Shown: piece by piece, positions 18,583 to 27,700 of the stretch
How the letters are laid out: each line of letters opens with the position of its first letter
Numbering within the stretch: the first letter of the stretch is position 1
DNA from: a bacterium
Lineage (GTDB): Bacteria; Ratteibacteria; UBA8468; B48-G9; JAFGKM01
Assembly (NCBI GenBank): GCA_026416755.1
Contig: JAOAEP010000095.1
Location: 1 to 34,786, forward strand
Direction of reading: 5' to 3'
DNA: 34,786 nt
Program-made: the position numbers and the translations under genes
The notes under the pieces: model-generated
Database searches by the model: none
What the model was told of the DNA's origin: nothing
Seen by the model: only the letters and a program-made list of their open reading frames with translations

Positions 18583-19564
18583 TGTTTACCTCCTTTGTTG
18601 TCTTTCTTATTATTAATTCTGGTTTAAATATTATTTTTTTTGGTTTTAAATCAGGATTTTTAATTTTTTCAACTATAAGAATTGCTGCTTGTTTACCAAT
18701 TTCATAGTTTGGCTGACTGACAGTTGTTAATGGTATATGAAAAATTGAAAGAAAATCAATATTATCATATCCAATTATTGAAATCTCTTCTGGAACTTTT
18801 ACACCATAATCATTTAAATTATTTATTACGTCTATCGCCATTATATCACTCCAACAGATTATTGCTGTAATTTTTTCTTTCATTACTTCTTTTATATTTT
18901 CTTTTAATCTCTGTTTGTCAAAATTATTCTCCATAATATATTTTTTTTCTATTCCGTATTCATTTAGTGTTTCTATATATCCTTTTTTTATTTGGTTATC
19001 TGAGTATATATTTCCACCAATTCCAAAATAAGCAATTTTTTTATGCCCAATTTTTATAAGATAATCAGTTGCAATTTTACCACCATAAAAATCATCATCT
19101 CCAACAAAATCAAAAGACCCTTCATCTATATTTTCACTCATTAAGACAAAAGGAATTTTTTTATTTGTCAAAATTTCTACTTCTTTTAAATTATTCATTA
19201 TCGGGGTCAAAATTATTCCATCTACTTTTCTACTTATCATCTCTTTTATATAATTTTGTTGATTTTGCTTCTCACTAAAACATATAATCAAAGCAAAACC
19301 ATAGTTAAATAGAGAGTCATTGATACCTTTAATTCTTTCAATTGTGGTTGGATTTCCAAGATAGGGTAATACAAGACCAATTGTATATGTTTTTTTCTCT
19401 ACAAGGCATTTTGCTATTGAATTTGGAATATAACCCATTTCTTCTGCAATCTTTTTTATCTTTTTTTTTGTTTTTTTTGAAATATCACTTTTATTATTGA
19501 GTGCCTTAGATACTGTTGCTTTTGAAACGCCTGCAATTTTTGCTATATCTTTTATCGTAACCAT
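18575..19564 (-). CDS. LacI-family transcriptional regulator (intact)
   Basis: 329 aa. HTH: VTIKDIAKIAGVSKATVSKALNN. Periplasmic-binding-like domain: VDGIILTP, ISIIGYDNIDF, LTTVSQP. Confidence 0.9.
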   Translation of the reverse strand: MVTIKDIAKIAGVSKATVSKALNNKSDISKKTKKKIKKIAEEMGYIPNSIAKCLVEKKTYTIGLVLPYLGNPTTIERIKGINDSLFNYGFALIICFSEKQNQQNYIKEMISRKVDGIILTPIMNNLKEVEILTNKKIPFVLMSENIDEGSFDFVGDDDFYGGKIATDYLIKIGHKKIAYFGIGGNIYSDNQIKKGYIETLNEYGIEKKYIMENNFDKQRLKENIKEVMKEKITAIICWSDIMAIDVINNLNDYGVKVPEEISIIGYDNIDFLSIFHIPLTTVSQPNYEIGKQAAILIVEKIKNPDLKPKKIIFKPELIIRKTTKEVNNV

Positions 19565-19584
19565 TTTCTTATTTTTTTTACTAA

Positions 19585-19613
19585 ATAATACTACATCATA
19601 AAATTTTTGTCAA
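19585..19613 (-). promoter_or_regulatory. Predicted sigma70-type promoter of the lacI-headed operon: TTGACA-17 nt-TATTAT
   Basis: On the minus strand the -35 TTGACA is at 19613-19608 and the -10 TATTAT at 19590-19585. The spacer is exactly 17 nt and the ATG is about 20 nt downstream. Confidence 0.5.
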
Positions 19614-19622
19614 ATAATTTTA

Positions 19623-19636
19623 CTTAACCGTTTTAG
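19623..19636. promoter_or_regulatory. Imperfect 14-bp palindrome with central CG (CTTAACCGTTTTAG), a candidate LacI-family operator
   Basis: 10 of 14 positions are self-complementary and the centre is a CG step, as in many LacI/GalR operators. It lies 9 nt upstream of the predicted -35. Confidence 0.25.
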
Positions 19637-19672
19637 AATAAATTAACAAAACTAACATTATCTTAAACTAAA

Positions 19673-20038
19673 TTAAAATTTCTGAAGAGTATAAATTGCT
19701 CTTAAAAATTGAAAAGGTAAAATAGGAAAAACAAGGTATGCATCAATTCCATACTCTATCATAAATTCTTCTACTGCTTTATCAAATTTAGATACAAGTA
19801 TAAGAAATTTACAATCTTCAAATTTTCTCTTTATCTCTTTTACTATTTTTTTTGTCTTTATATCCGGAGTTTCAATTTCTAATACTGCTATATCCACACA
19901 ATTTTCTTTTTCAATCCTGTTAATTAAATCTTTATCATTAAACAAAAATCCAAAACATTCATAACCATTTCCTTTTAAATATAGAGTAAATTTTTCCAGT
20001 AGAATTTTTTCTTTTGTAATAATTAATATTTTTCCCAT
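19673..20038 (-). CDS. Degenerate (pseudo-)receiver domain protein, CheY-like fold without the phospho-acceptor pocket
   Basis: 121 aa with the receiver pattern KILIITKEK...DIAVLEIETPD...FLILVSKF...AYLVFP. The DD pair is replaced by TK, the acceptor Asp by Glu, and the conserved Lys by Phe. Confidence 0.6.
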   Translation of the reverse strand: MGKILIITKEKILLEKFTLYLKGNGYECFGFLFNDKDLINRIEKENCVDIAVLEIETPDIKTKKIVKEIKRKFEDCKFLILVSKFDKAVEEFMIEYGIDAYLVFPILPFQFLRAIYTLQKF

Positions 20039-20057
20039 TGTTTTTATTATAAACCAT

Positions 20058-20096
20058 AATAACTTTAAGTCAACATATTTTTTAATAACTTTCAGT
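20058..20096. repeat. Two direct 13-mers, AATAACTTTAAGT (20058-20070) and AATAACTTTCAGT (20084-20096), in the divergent promoter region
   Basis: Read directly. One mismatch, with starts 26 bp apart. Located between the pseudo-receiver and XRE genes. Confidence 0.4.
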
Positions 20097-20136
20097 TTGT
20101 TTTAAGAATAGGGGTATAAAGTTATAATAAAAGCAA

Positions 20137-20478
20137 ATGAAAAAAGAATTATACATTAAAAAAATTGGGGAAAAAATCAGAGATATAAGAAAAGAAAAAG
20201 GATATACCCAAAGTGAACTTGCTTTTAGAATAGGAAGAAGTCCAAATTTTATTGGTCTTATTGAGAGAGGAAAAAAAATACCAAGTTTAGATACTTTAAT
20301 AAAAATAGCAGAAATACTTGAGGTAAATCCATCTGTTTTTTTTGTTAACTTTAATTATAAAGTGGGAAAAGAGGATATTCTTGTAAAAAAAATTAGTTCA
20401 ATTTTAAAGGAAGGTTCTCAGAAAGATAAAAAATTAATATATCAGATAGCAAAATCAATTGTAAAAGGAAAAAGATAG
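20137..20478 (+). CDS. XRE-family (Cro/C1-type) helix-turn-helix transcriptional regulator
   Basis: 113 aa. IRKEKGYTQSELAFRIGRSPNFIGLIERGKKIPSLDTLIKIAEIL. TATAAT at 20123-20128 lies only 8 nt before the ATG, and there is no SD. Confidence 0.85.
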   Translation: MKKELYIKKIGEKIRDIRKEKGYTQSELAFRIGRSPNFIGLIERGKKIPSLDTLIKIAEILEVNPSVFFVNFNYKVGKEDILVKKISSILKEGSQKDKKLIYQIAKSIVKGKR

Positions 20479-20480
20479 TT

Positions 20481-21272
20481 CTACTTTTCTTCTATTACAA
20501 AATTTTTAAGTGTTCCTATCCCTTCAATATCAACTTCAACTATATCTCCTTCTTTTAAAAAAATAGGTGGTTTTCTTGCAAATCCAACACCAGAGGGTGT
20601 ACCTGTTAGAATAATTGTTCCTGGTAGAAGTGTCATCTGTTTTGATAAATAGGATACAATTTGATAAACATTAAATATCATTTTTGAGGTATTTGAATCT
20701 TGCATAACATTTCCATTTAATATTGTCTTTATTCTTAAATTTGTTGGCTCTATTTCTGTTTCAATCCATGGGCCAATAGGACAAAATGTATCAAATGATT
20801 TTCCTCTTGCCCATTGTTTATCTCTTTTAAGTTGACAATCTCTTGCACTCACATCATTACCACAAGTATAACCAAAAATATATTCTTTTACTTCTTCTTC
20901 ACTAACATTTTTACATTTTTTACCTATTACAACTACAAGTTCACATTCATAATCAACTTCATTAGGTGCTTGTTTAGGTAAAATAATTGGTGATAAATGC
21001 CCTGTTAAAGAAGTAGTTGCTTTTAAAAATATAATTGGTTCATTTGGGACTTCATGCCCTCCTTCTTCTGCGTGTTCTTTATAATTTAAACCAAGAGCAA
21101 TAATATTTGGTGGGTCAGAGGGTGGTAAAAACTTAATCTCGTTTATATCAAAAATTTTCCCTGTAAATTCAAAATCATTTTCAAAAGTTCTCCAGTTTAT
21201 TTCAAAAACTTTATTATCTTTAAAAATTCCATAATGTTGCTTCTCTTTACTTATAAATCTTAAAAATTTCAT
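20481..21272 (-). CDS. Fumarylacetoacetate hydrolase (FAH) family protein
   Basis: 263 aa. Motifs: GLNYKEHAEE, PIIFLK, DYECELVVVIGKK, GYTCGNDVSARD, RGKSFDTFCPIGPW, LTGTPSGVG. Confidence 0.9.
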   Translation of the reverse strand: MKFLRFISKEKQHYGIFKDNKVFEINWRTFENDFEFTGKIFDINEIKFLPPSDPPNIIALGLNYKEHAEEGGHEVPNEPIIFLKATTSLTGHLSPIILPKQAPNEVDYECELVVVIGKKCKNVSEEEVKEYIFGYTCGNDVSARDCQLKRDKQWARGKSFDTFCPIGPWIETEIEPTNLRIKTILNGNVMQDSNTSKMIFNVYQIVSYLSKQMTLLPGTIILTGTPSGVGFARKPPIFLKEGDIVEVDIEGIGTLKNFVIEEK

Positions 21273-21302
21273 ATCTCTCTCCTTTTCTATGGAAAAAACT
21301 AT

Positions 21303-22750
<1,448 letters not shown>

Positions 22751-22820
22751 TTATTTTACATTTTTTTGATATATTTATAAACAAAATTTTATACATTTTG
22801 AGTGGATTTGTTAATTATTG

Positions 22821-24653
22821 TCAGTCAAAGGATATTGCTTTTCTTAATATTTTTATTACATCTGTTATATCTATCTGTCCATTTCCATCCATATCTGCAA
22901 ATTCAAGATTTTCAGGGTCAAGTCCTATTGCCATTCTTAAACATAATATTACATCTATTATATCTATAATAAAGTCGCCATTTATATCTCCCTTCTGCCT
23001 TTCTCCTTTTATCAAAATTTCTACATTATCAATTGCCCAAAACCAGTCATAATATGCATCATAGTAGTGCCATCTAAATTTTACATTATTCTTGCCTCTC
23101 ACAATATTTGAAATATCTATAATAACTACTCTTTCATCATCATATCCCTGCCATCTTTTTAAATTTTTCCAATTTTCCTCTTCAATTTTTATATCTAAAT
23201 CAGCAGTTTCATTTGAATAATACCAGAATTTATGTGAAAATTTTAAGTAAATTTTTTTATAATTTGGAAAATTAAAAGATTTAGAAATAAGTTGTTCATC
23301 CATTTTTTTATTCCCTGCCCAATCACTATCTACAATCATAAATGGTTCTGTTAAATAGGGACTTCTTCTATTTTTTGGATTTTGACTCATCCATGTAAAA
23401 CCATCATTAAATCCATCAATAATTTCCCAGTTTGAAGGCAATCCATTTGAAAAATCTTCTGAAAAAATTTTTATATACCCTTCAAATAAATTAGATGAAA
23501 AAAAACTATATAAAAATTCATCCCACATTGTTTCTTTAGGGAAAATTATAGTATTTTCATTGTAACCAGGGTCAATTGAAGAAAAATAAGAGGGAAAATA
23601 AATAGTAAGTCCATATGCTTTATCATTTGGATTTTTATCACATATTACTGCTTGATTGAAGATAATTTGAAACTCTTCAATTAAATTTTTTATATTATCA
23701 TTTTCTGCAATTAAATAATAATTTTCCCAAAAATTATAAATATCAGCAAATTCACTATCAAAAATTAGTGTTTCTTCTCTGGCAAGAAAAATAGGTAGGT
23801 AATCATTCAAATTAATTATTTCATTAAGGAGTTGGTTTAATTTTTGATTCAATTGACCTATTTTATTTAATTTTATTCCTGCTAATGTTTCTTGATTTGT
23901 TGAATTTATAATATAAAAAGTAAGTTCTTCAGCAGTTGCATTTGGATTATTTTTTAATGAGAGTAGAAAACCAGTATAATTCCATCCTTCGGTTGTTTCT
24001 GGACTTTCTGAAGAAACAAAAATATTTGCAAATTCTTTTATTTCAGTCGCAACTTCAATCATACCCATCAAACATGCATCAAAACCAATTAAATCAAAAT
24101 AATTATTTGAAAGTGCTGACCTTACCTCCTTCATTGAGAGATAATCATTACTTGTATCATCATAACATACTTCTTTATAAGGAATTCTTTTTTTTCCTAT
24201 TTCTTCTAAAATTGAGATTGTTCTCCAGCCACTTCCATGATTCCACAAAATTAAAGCATATTTTTCAGCAGGGTAATTTATTTTTGCCCAATTAATAAAA
24301 TCAATTAAAGTTTGTGGATCTCCCATATTTACTTCTCTTCCACCTATTCCATCTCCCCAATTTTTTATTGAATTTGCTCTTGTTGGTATCATTCCATAAG
24401 TTACATAAAATCTATTACATTCTGTCCAGTTATCAAATCTTCTATCATATCCATTTATTCTATCAAATTGAACAACTATATTTACATTCTCATTAGAACC
24501 AATAGATGCCATTTCAAGAAAATCATTAATTGCAAACTCTTCAAGGTCATTATCTCCATCAAGATAAACCATAACAGTCCATTTAGCACCAAAACCATTT
24601 AAAAAAAGACAAATAAAAATAAAAAAACCTAAAGTTAGAAATTTCCTTCCCAT
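22821..24653 (-). CDS. Secreted clostripain-like cysteine peptidase (family C11) with a MAM/choice-of-anchor-J-like domain and a C-terminal dockerin
   Basis: Signal peptide MGRKFLTLGFFIFICLFLNGFGA. I prefer ATG 24653 over the track GTG at 24695. C11 motifs: WTVMVYLDGDNDLE, LILWNHGSGW (His), IGFDACLMGMIEVA (Cys). Also FSEDFSNGLPSNWEIIDG...WFWAIDNVEI. Dockerin: GDINGDFIIDIIDVILCLR...ADMDGNGQIDITDVIKILRKAI. Confidence 0.8.
   Translation of the reverse strand: MGRKFLTLGFFIFICLFLNGFGAKWTVMVYLDGDNDLEEFAINDFLEMASIGSNENVNIVVQFDRINGYDRRFDNWTECNRFYVTYGMIPTRANSIKNWGDGIGGREVNMGDPQTLIDFINWAKINYPAEKYALILWNHGSGWRTISILEEIGKKRIPYKEVCYDDTSNDYLSMKEVRSALSNNYFDLIGFDACLMGMIEVATEIKEFANIFVSSESPETTEGWNYTGFLLSLKNNPNATAEELTFYIINSTNQETLAGIKLNKIGQLNQKLNQLLNEIINLNDYLPIFLAREETLIFDSEFADIYNFWENYYLIAENDNIKNLIEEFQIIFNQAVICDKNPNDKAYGLTIYFPSYFSSIDPGYNENTIIFPKETMWDEFLYSFFSSNLFEGYIKIFSEDFSNGLPSNWEIIDGFNDGFTWMSQNPKNRRSPYLTEPFMIVDSDWAGNKKMDEQLISKSFNFPNYKKIYLKFSHKFWYYSNETADLDIKIEEENWKNLKRWQGYDDERVVIIDISNIVRGKNNVKFRWHYYDAYYDWFWAIDNVEILIKGERQKGDINGDFIIDIIDVILCLRMAIGLDPENLEFADMDGNGQIDITDVIKILRKAISFD
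22824..22991 (-). repeat. Dockerin-coding module, left arm of an imperfect ~168-bp inverted repeat with 29460-29627
   Basis: Hand codon alignment to the giant-gene dockerin gives 38/56 identical residues and 117/168 identical nucleotides. It includes the near-identical run ATAGATATAAT(A/T)GATGTAAT(A/T)TTATGTTTAAG. Confidence 0.7.
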
Positions 24654-24695
24654 TTTATTAGAAAAATTATAACATAAAAAAATTTTCTCTTTCAC

Positions 24696-24725
24696 TTGAC
24701 TATTTTAATAATCTGGTTTTAAAAT
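24696..24725 (+). promoter_or_regulatory. Predicted promoter of the giant gene: TTGACT-18 nt-TAAAAT
   Basis: -35 at 24696-24701 and -10 at 24720-24725, followed by AAGGAGGG and ATG 24744. On the opposite strand TGTTATAAT (24674-24666) is an extended -10 located 12 nt before the C11 ATG. Confidence 0.45.
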
Positions 24726-24743
24726 ATTTTTAAAAGGAGGGAA

Positions 24744-27700
24744 ATGAATGGGATAATCATTTCATTTTTCCTATTCTATATTTATTCTTTTATTTTTGCA
24801 GAACCAATGATTTCTGCTGGTGGTAATTTTACAGTAGCAGTTAGTGAAGATGGATATGTTTATGCATGGGGTAATAATGATTATGGACAACTTGGAGATG
24901 GTACTTTTATTACTTCTTATGTCACGGTGAAGGTAAAAGGAGTAGCAGGAATCGGATATCTCTCTGGAATAAAAATGGTTTCTGCAGGTTATACACACGT
25001 TATTGCATTAAAAGAAGACGGAACTGTTTATGTTTGGGGAACTCTTCAATATACACATCCACATGAAGGATGGACAAGTGGTTTATTGGGTGGGATTCCT
25101 GAAGGTGCTCCTTTGATATCTTATGAACGTTATAATGTAGGTCAAAGTAGTTATCCAATTCAAGTTATGACTGAAGAACTTCATATTGATCCAGAAAGAG
25201 GACCTTATTTTGAGTATAAACCATTAAAAAATGTTAAATTGATCGCTTGCTCTTTTTTTCACTCAGTTGCTTTAAAAGAAGATGGAACAGTTTTGTGTTG
25301 GGGAGTAGATGTTGGAGATCAATGTGGATTGGGGAATACATCTGCTTTAGTATATCCTTATCCCCATGAACTAGTTAACACATACATTTATAATCCATAT
25401 ACACGAAGAAATGAGATATTAACAGATGTAAGATATATAAGTGCAGGAGATTGTTTTACAGTTGCAATAAAAAATGATGATTTTTTATGGTTCTGGGGCG
25501 AAAATAGTTTTAGAGTATACTCAGATTATGCAGATGGATATGCTCGTCCAAGTAATGTTGGTAATATATTAACTGTAGATAGTGGCCCTACTTATTTCAT
25601 TTTACTATCTAAAGACCAGACTGTTAAATTTTGGGGTAACGCTAATTATAATATTGGTATACCGTATTTTGGAAAAACACCTATTCAAATACCAAATCTC
25701 TCAGGAATTATTTCTGTTTCTGCTGGCGGAGGATTGGGTGTTTCTCCCATGGGACATGTTGTTTGTTTAAAAGCAGATGGAAGTATTTGGGGTTTTGGAG
25801 AAAATGGATGTGGACAACTTGGAAATGGGAAAACAAACTGGTATGAGTTGGAGCCGCAGAAAGTTTTAGGATTAAATGGTACTGGTTATTTGAATCTTTT
25901 TAATATTTGTGTTATTCCTAATCCTTTTAATTTTCCAACTACACCTATAGGATGTAAAAATTTAATGACTTTTTTTGTTAAAAATATTTCAGAAAGGCCA
26001 ATAACTATTGGAAAAATATTTATAGAAGGAGAATATAAGAATGAATTTTCAATTGAAAGAGATTTTGTTTCTTTTGCTACATTAAAACCAAAAGAAGCAA
26101 AGAGTTTTAAAATTATTTTTCATCCAATAAAGATTGGAAGTAAAACTATAAGAGTTATAATTCCTTACGGTAATAAAAAAAGAGAGTTATATATAAATGG
26201 AGTATGTGGAACAGTAGAAAATAAAGTTGTAATAAAAGGAACAGTATATGATAAAAAAACAGGTAATCCTATTGAAAATGCAAATATTTTAATAGGTTAT
26301 TATTCTACAATTACAAATGAAAATGGTTTTTATATGATTGATTGGGCTTCTCCTGGAATTTACAATTATGCAGTTTCAAAGGAGGGATATGTTTCTTCTT
26401 ATGGGACAATTGAACTTACTTCAGCAAGTGTAATAAATAAAAATTTTTACTTAATTCCATCAACTACTGGAGAAAAAATTGAAATTACGGAGATAAACAC
26501 AAAATATAACCTTCCTCTATATTTTCTCGGCAAAGTATCTTTTCCTGTTGAATTTTCTGTATCTGTTGATTGGAAAAATTATACACCTTATAAAGCAATT
26601 TTTAAAACAACAAAATCAAATAAAATTTATGAATGGGAAGCAAGTCAATCAAACCCATATTTACCAAAAATAACAATTGATATAGGAGAACTTGAACCTG
26701 GAGATATTTTAAGAGTTAAAGCAATATCAGGAGAAGGTAGTGCGTCTGAGGAAAAGGAATTTATATTTGTTATAATGAAGCCCCTAATAGGAGATTTTAA
26801 GGTTATAGATATAGGTAGTTATTTTTATTATCAAGTTCCATATTTTTTAGAAGGTTTTTCTTTTATTAATGAAGGAATTGAATCCGACTTAATTCCAACA
26901 GAAATTCCATTTTTTGGAGGAAGTAGTATAAACTTACTTTTTACTCCTGTTTTAAAAGCAGAAGTAATAAATAATACTGCCGAATATTCTCTCTTATATA
27001 AGGATTTGATTAAAGGAGGGAATATCGGTCCAGTTGAAATAAATTTTTCACCACATTTTGGGCTATCTGGAGTTTATTCTTCATATTTAATGAAATGGCA
27101 ATGGAATGGTTTTATTGGTCTTCTAACAGATATGAAATCAGAAACACCTCCATTTTATTTACCAATCCCAATACCAATTCCTATTTATGTTAAAGGAGCA
27201 TTTCTTTTATCTCTTGACACAAGATTAAATATACTAAATATAAAACCTGTTGAGTTAAGTGGTAACTTTGTAGTAGAACCTGCTGTTAGAGGGATTTTTG
27301 GAGTTGGTATTTCAGATGTACTTTCTGCAGAAGGTTGGGTTCAAGCAGGTGCTGAAATAAGTATGCAGTATCCACATCAACCAAATTTACAACAAATTTT
27401 AATTGTTGTTAAGTGTGGTTATACAGTTTATTTCATTATAGGTGAATATGAAGCTGGCCTCTGTGAATGGCAATGGAAACTTTATGGGGATAAAAGAAAT
27501 CCAGAATATAAAAAAATTATAAGTGATGAGAAATGGAAATTAATACCGCGTGACTATTTAATCAATGAAAACTATGGAATTTTTAATAGTGGGAAGAAAA
27601 AAGAAATATCAAAGAAAACAATAGAAGATAAAAATTATACATTTTTAAAAGCCATACTACAAGAAAATGTTTTCCCATTACCACAACCAAAACTTATTTC

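Noticed and set aside
20476-20483. Convergent XRE and FAH genes end 2 nt apart with no terminator hairpin
   Set aside because: This is real but unremarkable in a compact genome, and no structure is visible to interpret.
24654-24743. Strand-switch point as a replication origin
   Set aside because: The region is only a 90-bp AT-rich divergent promoter. There are no clustered DnaA boxes and no dnaA/dnaN neighbours. The single 8/9 DnaA-box-like match I noticed (about 15226-15234) is inside a coding region.
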